From: a virus
Lineage: Duplodnaviria; Caudoviricetes
Reading direction: 5' to 3' (one strand)
IMG/VR virus record: IMGVR_UViG_3300028800_000090
Span: 2,187-66,186 of that record
DNA: 64,000 nt
The notes below the pieces were generated by a model. It ran no database searches. It saw only the letters and a list, made by a program, of their open reading frames with translations, and had not been told where the DNA came from. Positions 28,305 through 37,102 of this stretch are shown here, piece after piece. A program made the position numbers and the translations under genes. Position 1 is the stretch's first letter. Each line of letters starts with the position of its first letter.

Positions 28305-29036
28305 ATCGACAACACTCTGCTGGCCGTCAAGAAGAAGGTAAGGTCGCTCGTCGGGGATCCGATGGCTGACTTTACCACCGATGCCTATCTGACTCCCATG
28401 ATCAACATCGTCTATGAAGCACAGACGACGAAACTCATGGCAGACACAGATAGCTCGTTTGACGACTGGGTCTTTGACGTCCCTGCCGTGCCTCTGGGAA
28501 CAACAAACCTGCGGCAGTACCAGTCCTCGCAGATGCCGACACCGAACGGGAATGTGGCGGGGCCGCTCTGCGGTCTCGTCACCCCCTCAATCATCGAGTG
28601 GAAGCAGGTTGGGCAGCCGGACCAGAACTACGTGGAGGCCGGTCGCGTGGGCAAGCTGCCGAACGTCTCTCCGGCGGCTCCGCAGAACATCTTCCAGATG
28701 CAGTGGGAGTGGCGCGACATGGTCATCTACCTGGTGCCCATGACGTTCCCTGTGGACCTGCGGGTGCGTGGGGAGTTCTCGCCACCGTCTCTGGTCAAAG
28801 ACACGGATGAGTTGATCGTGCATCCCAGAATGGGGACGGCAACAGCCTTTGGAGTCGGTGCGCTGATCGGTGCAGAGCGCAAGAACCAGGGCTGGATCGA
28901 CTCGTATACCCCTTCGGCCGCAGACGTTCTAGGGGACATTTCGAACCTGCTGACCAAGGGCGAGCAGGGTGTGACTACTCGCATTGGGCGGTACGGCGGC
29001 AACCGCAGTGGATATGGTCGCGGCAACGGATATTAG
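28305..29036 (+). CDS. Head-tail adaptor / tail tubular protein A-like (probable ATC start)
   Basis: SD AGGAGG then in-frame ATC giving (M)DNTLLAVKKKVRSLVGD, an adaptor-like N-terminus; 'IYLVP', 'D-LIVHP'. Confidence 0.65.
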   Translation: MDNTLLAVKKKVRSLVGDPMADFTTDAYLTPMINIVYEAQTTKLMADTDSSFDDWVFDVPAVPLGTTNLRQYQSSQMPTPNGNVAGPLCGLVTPSIIEWKQVGQPDQNYVEAGRVGKLPNVSPAAPQNIFQMQWEWRDMVIYLVPMTFPVDLRVRGEFSPPSLVKDTDELIVHPRMGTATAFGVGALIGAERKNQGWIDSYTPSAADVLGDISNLLTKGEQGVTTRIGRYGGNRSGYGRGNGY

Positions 29037-29067
29037 CTTCTAACCTCAACAATTCAAGGAGAATGAA

Positions 29068-29439
29068 ATGGCAAAGCTGCTTCTAACCGCTCTCAAACTG
29101 GTGCAGGCTCCGGGGCCGGACAACCGGCTCTACGTCAAGGCTGCAACCGCAGACAACGTGTATGTGACGGGTGGCGTAGCGCTCGACCTCTCCCCGGGCA
29201 AGATCACTGACCCGAATGCGCTGGGCGTTGTAGGCCCGTCGCAGGTTCCGGTCGTGACCCCAGGCGTCTTCACCGAATCGCTCGGCGGGTACAACGCAGC
29301 TGTGGTGCCGACTACCGGAGGACTCAGCGGCTACAAGCTTCAGTACTGGACTTCCGGAGGCACAGAGCTTGGCGCTGGAGCGTATCCTGCGGCGATCTCG
29401 GGCGGAAACCTCGTGCTTGAAATCCCGTACGAGTCGTAG
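29068..29439 (+). CDS. Small virion (decoration-like) protein
   Basis: SD AAGGAG; 'YVTGGVALD', 'GTELGAGAYP'. Confidence 0.7.
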   Translation: MAKLLLTALKLVQAPGPDNRLYVKAATADNVYVTGGVALDLSPGKITDPNALGVVGPSQVPVVTPGVFTESLGGYNAAVVPTTGGLSGYKLQYWTSGGTELGAGAYPAAISGGNLVLEIPYES

Positions 29440-29498
29440 GGTATACTCGGTTCACCATTCGAGTAAGGCAATTCGGCGCATCGCTCGCGGCATGACCG

Positions 29499-29528
29499 TT
29501 GACTGATGCGCCAGATTTTTGCTACATT
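29499..29528 (+). promoter_or_regulatory. Sigma70-like promoter for the ncRNA
   Basis: TTGACT (29499-29504), 18-nt spacer ending TGc, TACATT (29523-29528). Confidence 0.7.
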
Positions 29529-29534
29529 GTTGCA

Positions 29535-30020
29535 AGTCGTGACAAGCGTTCCGTGAGGATATGGCTTGGTTCTCTCTGTAATGGGGGTAGCGACACAAGG
29601 TTATACATCGGGCAGCCGCAGTGGGTGTGCATACCTGCTGACCAACGGTTGAGGTATCTGGGCACAGTAACCCGATAGGGTGCCTGTCTGAGTGAGACGG
29701 AACAAGCCCAAGGCGGGAGGGGCAATTCTCACAACCCGCACTTGATTTTGCAGTGGCAGACATCGGCGCGACATGGGATATAAATGCTCGGGAGACGTGC
29801 TCGGGTATCCGCCCCCACGATGGACGCTTTCACAGGCTTAGGCCACTGCAAGTAACATTCCACCGACAGAGCAGTAGCCGTCCCCCAGGGCCCAGTAAGC
29901 CACAGTTTGCAACTGAGATCGTGCCGTACTCGGGAGTGGCCCAAGGAGAAGTGAGGTACAGGGGTTGCTCGCACATGAGCGCAGCAAAAGGGAGGGGCCT
30001 TCGGGCTCCTCCTTTCATTT
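29535..30020 (+). ncRNA. Large structured non-coding RNA (~485 nt), family not recognised
   Basis: No credible ORF; own promoter and terminator; many nested helices including a 10-bp perfect TTGCAGTGGC/GCCACTGCAA, 5'-3' closing helix, GCAA tetraloop, several AGTA motifs. Confidence 0.75.
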
Positions 30021-30021
30021 T
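29987..30021 (+). terminator. Rho-independent terminator
   Basis: AAAGGGAGGGGCC-TTCG-GGCTCCTCCTTT-CATTTT. Confidence 0.85.
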
Positions 30022-30136
30022 GACGTAGCGCGAGTTTCTGTCGCTTCCTCGCGCTGGTGGTGCACCGAAGGAGAGCGACGTCAGGTGCCCAGCACGGCCC
30101 CCAGAGATGGGGGCCTTACCTTTTGAGGGTGAACGA

Positions 30137-33100
30137 TTGGCCAACTTTGCAGGGCAGCCCAGCATCTTTTCGAGATTCCTGGGCTACATGGACGAGGACG
30201 ACCCGACCAATCTTCCCTCCGGGGTAGCCTCGCTTGCCCGCAATACCGACTTCACGTACACCTCCGCCAAGACCCGCGCGGGCGTGAACCTCACCATGCA
30301 GGGCGTCAACAAAAGCCCCATCACCGGCTTGTTCGGTCTCGTCTACACTCCCCAGACCGATGCGCCTGCGGACGTGATGTTCCAGTTGCCAACCATCTTC
30401 GACAAGACTGGAACATTGCAGTACGAGTCCCCACTGGGCACGGGCCGGATGAATCGCTACCCACTGACCTCCCTGTTCACTCCCCCAGCAAACGCTCATG
30501 CGCTTGGGTCACAGGCCTACAACCGGCTCTACGCTTCATTTTCAAATCTGATCAATCCACTCGCCCGCTGCGGAGTGATCGACCTCAAGACCAAGAACGT
30601 TGACCCCTACGGGCAGAAGCCTTTCGGGTGGGCATGGATTACGAATACGCAGTGCCTGGTCGGGGAGATGGCAACCCCGTCGGAGATTCAGAACGGCTCA
30701 ACCGTCTCAGTCGGAAACGGGCACACCTACCGCTGCATCGTCGCCGGGACCACCGGAGCAACCCAACCTATCTGGCCGCTGACTGAAGGCGGGATCGTCG
30801 TCGACGGCACGGTGCACTGGCAGGAACTGACGATGGTTCTCGCCAACCGCATCCCCCAACCCGACGCTCCAGCGCTCACGCGCGACCCCGGTGCAGGAGC
30901 TTTTGCAGCCGGCCAGGACGTCTACATCATCATCACGCTCCTGAATCCCCAGGGCGAGACCATCGCCTCGATCGCTTCCGTGCTGGTCGATACCGACCTG
31001 AACGATGCGGTCGACGTTGCCATTCCTGCGCTGGCGAGCTTCCCCAGTTGGGTGCAGGGACTGGTTGCTCCGTACGAAGTCACCGGCGCCAACGTCTACG
31101 AGATGGATGTGGCGACCGGTGCAGAGCCTCCGCCGCTGACCGAGTACCAGCGGGTTGCGGGCAGCCCCTTTGCGCTTGGGGCAACCTTAGTCGTCACCGA
31201 TACCGCAACTTCCGGCATCTTCCCCCCGACCCGCAACAGCGCGCGCATCACGCCGGGCATGATTCCAAACCCCGTAGTTGCTCCGGTGCTCACGCGGGAT
31301 GCTTTGGGAGGCGCTTTCCCCGCCGGCCGCGACGTGTGGGTGCGGCAGACGTACACGAATGCGACAGGGGAAACGCTCCTCGGGCCTTCGAACTCCATCA
31401 TCGACACCCAGGCCAACGATGCGGTGCAGGTGACAGTCCAAGGGCTGACGGGCTACACTCTCACCGGGGTAAACCTCTATGAGGCCGATGTCGCTACCGG
31501 AGAAGTGGAGCCGGATCCAACTCAGTATGCACTTGTGGGCTCTTTCCAGCCAGGCGCAACCGCAACGATCACTGCCTCGGCTTCGGGGCCACCTGCACCC
31601 ATTACGAATACGACTGGGACGGGCGGCAACATTGTTGCTGACACGGAGATGGGTGGGCTAAATGACACTCAGGGATACCGATACGCTGTCTGTTCCTTCC
31701 AAAACCGCAACGGCTCAAACTCTGGCATCACTTCGGGTTCGGTTATCCAGTACATCGTCGACGAAGACGGTTGGGAGCTTGCTGTCTTCAATGTCGCTGT
31801 CGGCCCCCTCAACATATCCAAACGGCTCATCGGCTTTGCTGTCGCAGACGGAGTGCCAGCCGGACCCTTCGGTTACATCAGTCAGTCTCAAATATCAGAC
31901 GGTATTCAGGTGCTTGCCAGCGTCATCAACGATAACGTCACGACGCAAACGGTAGTCAACTTCACCGACGATCAACTCCTAGCGGCCATCGCCGCCGGCG
32001 ACCAGCTCACCAGCTATTTCGACACCATCTGGCCTTTGCCGTGCGTCGACCTCTACTACTCCCCCTCGACCAACCGATTCTTCCAGACCGGGATGCCGGG
32101 GTTTGCTTCCAGCCACTTTGTCTCGCAGGCAGGGGACGCAGAGACGTACCAGGGTTCGACTTGTGACATCCAGGTAGGGCAGGATGACGGCGAGCGCTGC
32201 ATCTGCGTCCGAGAGTTCACCAACGGAACCATTTTCTCGCTGCGGGAGCGCTCGGGCTTCATCATCACTCCAAGTTCGGCGAACCCGATTCTCTGGAACG
32301 TGCAGAGGCAGTGGTCAAAGGTTGGCCCATGCGGTCCGCGGGCGGTCGACGTCGCCGGGAACTTCCTCATCTTTGTGCACCGTTCGGGTATCTATCGATA
32401 CGAGCAGGGCCAGCCGGAACTGCTTACGAAGGAAATTCCCTACTTCTGGCAGACGATCAACTGGGCGGCGCAGCAGACCATTTGGCTGGAGATCGATGAG
32501 GAGAAGCGCATCGTGCGTTGCGGGTTGCCGGTGAACGGCAGTGCGGTGCCTAACGTCGAACTGACCATCTCCTATGTCGAAGGGTGGGCGTATCCCATTC
32601 ATTTCTCGACCTATTCGGGCAAGATGATCGCGGTGGACGCCTGCCGCAAGATCAGCATCAACGACATCGCGGCGAACTGCGCCGGGCGGATTGAACGGGC
32701 TTTGCCGCCTCCTCCTGATCCGCCGCAAGGGGTTACAGGCATCGAGCAGACCGGTGGGGACTTCTACCAGTCGCAGTTCGTGTACGGCTCGAGCGCTGCG
32801 GACGGGACGGTGCAGGCCATCACCCCCGGAATCTACTCGGACAATCAGGCTGGGATCGATTGGCACTACCGCACAGTGTCGACGCAGCAGATGCAGGCGC
32901 TTTCGAAGTGCGAAGGGCTGAACCTGAACGCAAGGGGCGAGGGATCGATCAATGCCACTTTCCTCTCAGGCAGGGATATGCTCACCGACTGGACGCCGGG
33001 CGCACCAACGACCAGGGCAGTGAAACTCAGGCCTTTCGACCTCAACCCCGGACAAAGTGCAGGGATTTCAAGGAATTGCGAGTCGAGGGTCAATGAGCAC

Positions 33101-33211
33101 TGGATGTGTGAACTGGATAACGGAAAAGTACCCGGAGCATGGTGCGAGCTCAAGACCTTGATCGTCTACACCATCCCGATGTATGGAGCCAGGGACGGAA
33201 GTGAAGGATGA
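30137..33211 (+). CDS. Tail protein, P22 gp10 / T7 tubular protein B-like, with inserted Fn3-like repeats
   Basis: TTG start after GAGGGTG; N-terminal 'FLG...DPTNLP...SLARN'; C-terminal 'GQDDGE', 'KVGPCGPRAV', 'GIYRY', 'W-TINW'; position before the ejection genes. Confidence 0.75.
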   Translation: MANFAGQPSIFSRFLGYMDEDDPTNLPSGVASLARNTDFTYTSAKTRAGVNLTMQGVNKSPITGLFGLVYTPQTDAPADVMFQLPTIFDKTGTLQYESPLGTGRMNRYPLTSLFTPPANAHALGSQAYNRLYASFSNLINPLARCGVIDLKTKNVDPYGQKPFGWAWITNTQCLVGEMATPSEIQNGSTVSVGNGHTYRCIVAGTTGATQPIWPLTEGGIVVDGTVHWQELTMVLANRIPQPDAPALTRDPGAGAFAAGQDVYIIITLLNPQGETIASIASVLVDTDLNDAVDVAIPALASFPSWVQGLVAPYEVTGANVYEMDVATGAEPPPLTEYQRVAGSPFALGATLVVTDTATSGIFPPTRNSARITPGMIPNPVVAPVLTRDALGGAFPAGRDVWVRQTYTNATGETLLGPSNSIIDTQANDAVQVTVQGLTGYTLTGVNLYEADVATGEVEPDPTQYALVGSFQPGATATITASASGPPAPITNTTGTGGNIVADTEMGGLNDTQGYRYAVCSFQNRNGSNSGITSGSVIQYIVDEDGWELAVFNVAVGPLNISKRLIGFAVADGVPAGPFGYISQSQISDGIQVLASVINDNVTTQTVVNFTDDQLLAAIAAGDQLTSYFDTIWPLPCVDLYYSPSTNRFFQTGMPGFASSHFVSQAGDAETYQGSTCDIQVGQDDGERCICVREFTNGTIFSLRERSGFIITPSSANPILWNVQRQWSKVGPCGPRAVDVAGNFLIFVHRSGIYRYEQGQPELLTKEIPYFWQTINWAAQQTIWLEIDEEKRIVRCGLPVNGSAVPNVELTISYVEGWAYPIHFSTYSGKMIAVDACRKISINDIAANCAGRIERALPPPPDPPQGVTGIEQTGGDFYQSQFVYGSSAADGTVQAITPGIYSDNQAGIDWHYRTVSTQQMQALSKCEGLNLNARGEGSINATFLSGRDMLTDWTPGAPTTRAVKLRPFDLNPGQSAGISRNCESRVNEHWMCELDNGKVPGAWCELKTLIVYTIPMYGARDGSEG

Positions 33212-34293
33212 GCACCATCAACCAGGGCACGATCAACAACGCGGCCGCAGGCGACAAAGAGGCCATGCGTGTCCTGCTCAACGCTTTCGCTGCGCAGTTC
33301 TTGGCTGGTGCGCAGGCCGGGGGACCTTCCTTACTCGAACCGACCAGCGGGGGCAAGACCCTTACTCCAACGACCGCCGCGCCGCCGGCGCCGCCGTTCA
33401 CCGTCTCCGGCAAGAATGGAGTCTTCAGCTTCGCCATCACCCCGCAGAAAGCACCGTTCCGGTCCACACTCTACTTCGAAGTCACGTATTCCGAGAGTTC
33501 GAACTTTGGCAACGCCTCGGGCCTGCCGCTGACGCCGTCGACCAACTTCACCTTCCCGCTGCCCGGCGCCGTGCTCTACTTCCGCATCCGGGCAACGTAT
33601 GACGGGGCAAACTTCAGCGCCTACCGTCCTTCGGCGGGGAATCCGGCGGTCTCCGCAGGCTTGCAGTCGAGCGCAGCAACGTCGAATGCAACCGCTTTGA
33701 ATATCACCAATTACGCGCTTTGCGATGCAGTACCGGTGGGGGGAACGCAGAATGTCCGGGTGTACGGTGCTGCGGGCCCGCAGACGATGTGGCCAGCAGT
33801 CAAGGGGGAGAAGGAAACGATTCTTCCCTCCGCGACGATCATCAACTCCGTACTCGGGTCGAAGCCCTTTGTGGCATGGGATCCAGAGACAGAGCAGTTT
33901 GTGGTGAGGGACACGCTCCCCCAGGTCTTTGCAGACAATCTAGTACCAGTCGGGCAGGTGGGCACTCCGGAAGGGGGAGTGGTCACAGAACCAACCGTCA
34001 CGGCCAACGTGGTGGCGGGCGGCATCACGAGCTACACCGTCACTGCGCCAGGGGCCAATCTGTCCGCACCAGTCACTTTGACGATCACCGACGCAACCGG
34101 GTCGGGGGCAGTTCCGGGTCCGCAAACCATCGTCGCAGGGCAGCTTACTGCGGTGGCGCCGGGGTTGCCCGGTAGCCTCTACACCGCGCCGACGGTTGCG
34201 GTGAGCGGCGGCAGGGCACCGGGTTCGCCGGGCGGGGGAACGATTGTCGGCAATAACGGTGGCAGATACCTAGCCAACGAGGGGAATCCATAA
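33208..34293 (+). CDS. Tail-associated structural protein
   Basis: ATGA overlap; Fn3-like 'LYFRIRATYDG' and G/T-rich C-terminus. Confidence 0.65.
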   Translation: MSTINQGTINNAAAGDKEAMRVLLNAFAAQFLAGAQAGGPSLLEPTSGGKTLTPTTAAPPAPPFTVSGKNGVFSFAITPQKAPFRSTLYFEVTYSESSNFGNASGLPLTPSTNFTFPLPGAVLYFRIRATYDGANFSAYRPSAGNPAVSAGLQSSAATSNATALNITNYALCDAVPVGGTQNVRVYGAAGPQTMWPAVKGEKETILPSATIINSVLGSKPFVAWDPETEQFVVRDTLPQVFADNLVPVGQVGTPEGGVVTEPTVTANVVAGGITSYTVTAPGANLSAPVTLTITDATGSGAVPGPQTIVAGQLTAVAPGLPGSLYTAPTVAVSGGRAPGSPGGGTIVGNNGGRYLANEGNP

Positions 34294-34557
34294 ATGTGGA
34301 AGAAAAGGCACGAGATAGTCGACACCCGGACGAAGATGCATGTGATCACTCTCCACGAGCCGGACTCGGGAGCCGAGCACAAATTGCAGATCATGATTGG
34401 GCACGACTCCTGTCCGCACTGCGGGCACATCACGCTGAAGGATGGCATCGATGCGGCCCAGCATGTAGCCAACGAGTTAGCCCTGCTCAACCAGAGCCAT
34501 GCGGCGATGAAGGAGCACGCTGAGAGACACCGTGCACCGCTAAGGAAAGCGCAGTGA
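34294..34557 (+). CDS. Hypothetical protein (CxxC)
   Basis: 87 aa, CPHCG. Confidence 0.6.
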   Translation: MWKKRHEIVDTRTKMHVITLHEPDSGAEHKLQIMIGHDSCPHCGHITLKDGIDAAQHVANELALLNQSHAAMKEHAERHRAPLRKAQ

Positions 34558-34994
34558 CCACCATCCGAGTAGCACGACATTCGGACTGGCCGCTGATTCA
34601 GGAGTTCCACAAAGAACAGAACCGCCAGCAGCAGACCAACTACGCGCTGCCCAGACTATTCTCCCCCGACGGGTCATTCGCTCCGAACATTGCCATGGCC
34701 TTCATGGTCGAGCGGAATGGTAAACCAGTTCAGAGCTTCTACTTCGAACTGGTCCCAGAGGTTTGCTTCGCCGGCTGCGACCCGAAGGCAACCGCTTACG
34801 CGCGCCGCGAGATCGATCGCATCGCCTTCGGACTGAGGGCCATGGGGTTTACCGGGATCAACTGCAAGGTGCCCGAGCATGTTGCTGAATCGATTCGCAC
34901 GCCGCTCGAGCATGCAGGGTTTGACGAGGATCAGAAGATAACGCACTTTTTCAAAGACTTACGGCTACCTAAGCCGGAGGGGGAAGACCATTGA
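34554..34994 (+). CDS. GNAT-like protein (podovirus position before the ejection proteins)
   Basis: IRVARHSDW...I; 'LEHAGF' C-terminal GNAT-like motif; synteny. Confidence 0.6.
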   Translation: MTTIRVARHSDWPLIQEFHKEQNRQQQTNYALPRLFSPDGSFAPNIAMAFMVERNGKPVQSFYFELVPEVCFAGCDPKATAYARREIDRIAFGLRAMGFTGINCKVPEHVAESIRTPLEHAGFDEDQKITHFFKDLRLPKPEGEDH

Positions 34995-35575
34995 GCCGCT
35001 CACAGCAATCCCAAGTTTTAGCGACTGCCCAAGCAAACAGCGGTGCCGACCAGACCACTGCGCAGAACGCACAGCAGGCGGAAGTTGCGGACATCGGCAA
35101 CTACGAGAAGCAGTTGAGCCAGTACGCCGCGGACAACCCATACAAGGCAGGTGGGGAGTACGACACGGCAACGGACTCGAAGCTCTCAGGCGTTGCGGAC
35201 GTGGGTTCCTCGGCTATCGCCAATCAGCTTGCGACCCAGGCCAAGCGCACCGGCGAGAACGCTACCGCGGCAAACGCTACGGCGGCGGAGGTAGCGCGCG
35301 CGAATGAGCGCGAACTGGCCGCGGGCGAGGCTGGCGCGACTCAGACCCGCATCGGGGACGAGGCGAACTACAACGCCGGAGTCTTGCAGGATACGGCGGC
35401 GCCAGTGGCGATGGAAGCTGGAGTCGCTAATCCTGCGCTATCAGCTTCAAACTCTGCGCTGGGGATCGGCGGGGACGCAGCGAAGACGCCAGGGTTCTGG
35501 GACAGTCTCGGAACGAGCTTTGCCCAACAGTTAGGGAAGACCGCCGGCGGCGGCAACATCGGAAAACAGGGATAG
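34991..35575 (+). CDS. DNA ejection / internal virion protein (P22 gp7-like)
   Basis: TTG start after GGAGGGGG; A/Q/N/G-rich; 'PGFWDSLG'. Confidence 0.65.
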   Translation: MSRSQQSQVLATAQANSGADQTTAQNAQQAEVADIGNYEKQLSQYAADNPYKAGGEYDTATDSKLSGVADVGSSAIANQLATQAKRTGENATAANATAAEVARANERELAAGEAGATQTRIGDEANYNAGVLQDTAAPVAMEAGVANPALSASNSALGIGGDAAKTPGFWDSLGTSFAQQLGKTAGGGNIGKQG

Positions 35576-35584
35576 GGGAGACAA

Positions 35585-37102
35585 ATGGCGGATGAAATGT
35601 ATGCAGACCTCCTCGACGCACTCAGCCCGGTTTCGAAGGCTGGGATGGACCCGGACGAAGCGGCCGCAGACCGCGCAGGCACCATGGCCAAACTTCTGGG
35701 GCCGGACGACACTCCGAAGCCGAAGTGGTACGAGCAGGATCAAGAGGTTGCACAGAATGATGTCCCGCCACGGCCAGGGACGAGCCAGAACGGGAATCCT
35801 TTACCTCCCGGCTTGCAGAGTCGCCAGGCACCGCAGGACGCGCCCGCCACTGATCCTACGCCCGCCGTTCCCGCAGGAGTGACGCCCACCGGCACAGCCA
35901 CCAAGCCCGATCTCGCGGCAGGGAATGCGGCGACCATCGGGCTGATGCAGTCGGACTACGCGCGCGCCTCCCAGGATGTGCAGAACGAAGCCGCGCAGCC
36001 GGACGAGGCTACCGTATTGGCTCCGCTCGAACGCCAGCGCGTCAATGCGCAGGCACGGCAGGTGGAGCTTCAGACCCCCTACGGGCCCGACGGAAAGACC
36101 TTGCCCGAGTACAAGCCGAGCTTTGGGCAGAGACTTATGCGCGGAGTCGAGGGTTTTGCGGGCGGGGGAGTTCTCGGAGCCATTGACCCGAAGGTGGGCG
36201 GCGCGCAGCCTTACGGCGCACCAAACAAGGAGTACGGCATCGACCAGGCGCAAGCCGCAGGACGAGTTGCCGGGGCGGACCAGCAGTTGAAGAATGCGCA
36301 GGACAACTGGAAAGCCACGTCTGACCGGCTGAAGCAGATTGCGCAGGAGCGGCGAGCGCTGGCGACCACAGGCAAAGATACGACCAGTTCCAGCATCGCG
36401 CAGCAGGACCAGCCGAACAAGGACAAGCAGGCCCAGGCCGACTTACTTCGCGCGCAGAACGAAGGACGCCCGAAGACGCTGGATGATGCCATTGCGCAAT
36501 TCAACGCCGAGACTGATCCAGCCAAGAAGGCGCAACTCGGTCAAACCGTGAAGGATATGACGGATGCGGCGATGAAGTTGAAACCGCCGCGTCAACCGGG
36601 AGAGCAGCCAAGCGTCGGACTGGCAGAGTTCGGCGCCTATCGCGCTGCACGCCAGAAGGAGACCGGCAAACCTCTATCGTCTGACGATGTGCTCAACTTC
36701 ATCCACAAGACAGACCCCAATGCACCGGACGAGGTTGGGTCGATTGTGGCGCAGGCCATGGATGCGAAGGAGAAGTTTGCAAACCAGTGGACTCCGAACG
36801 ATGACGGAACATATAAATCTGTCGATCCAATGAATCTAAAGACGCTTACGGGTCCGGAGTTCCAGACGCAGATTGACAAGATTGGTCGTTCTGACCCGAA
36901 CGTGAAGCTTGCCAAGAAGGGCTACACGATCGATGCGACCGGGAATCTGGTGCCGACTCATACCGGACCAGCCGCACAGGCAAAAACTCCGTTCGTCCCC
37001 AAAACTCCGCGCCCCCCTGGCGCCACCGGTACGGCACTCGTGGATGGAAAGCGGCACTGGGTCAACGCTCAAACGCATAAGGTTCTCGGGTTGGCAGAAT
37101 GA
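35585..37102 (+). CDS. DNA ejection / internal virion protein
   Basis: Q/A/P-rich; 'KPSFGQRLMRGVEGFAGGG' hydrophobic hairpin; synteny. Confidence 0.7.
   Translation: MADEMYADLLDALSPVSKAGMDPDEAAADRAGTMAKLLGPDDTPKPKWYEQDQEVAQNDVPPRPGTSQNGNPLPPGLQSRQAPQDAPATDPTPAVPAGVTPTGTATKPDLAAGNAATIGLMQSDYARASQDVQNEAAQPDEATVLAPLERQRVNAQARQVELQTPYGPDGKTLPEYKPSFGQRLMRGVEGFAGGGVLGAIDPKVGGAQPYGAPNKEYGIDQAQAAGRVAGADQQLKNAQDNWKATSDRLKQIAQERRALATTGKDTTSSSIAQQDQPNKDKQAQADLLRAQNEGRPKTLDDAIAQFNAETDPAKKAQLGQTVKDMTDAAMKLKPPRQPGEQPSVGLAEFGAYRAARQKETGKPLSSDDVLNFIHKTDPNAPDEVGSIVAQAMDAKEKFANQWTPNDDGTYKSVDPMNLKTLTGPEFQTQIDKIGRSDPNVKLAKKGYTIDATGNLVPTHTGPAAQAKTPFVPKTPRPPGATGTALVDGKRHWVNAQTHKVLGLAE

Noticed and set aside
4171-29061. 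Shared TAAyCTCAA....TCAAGGAG upstream of genes 4200 and 29068 as a late-promoter motif
   Set aside because: Half the match is the SD; two instances are insufficient
29535-30020. Group I/II intron, tmRNA or RNase P identity for the large RNA
   Set aside because: Flanking genes are not split; no domain V, group I core, tRNA-like ends or GAGGAAAGUCC motif seen by eye
29452-30165. Short ORFs on both strands across the 29.4-30.1 kb gap
   Set aside because: No SD, atypical composition, mutually overlapping; the promoter-structure-terminator arrangement fits an RNA gene better
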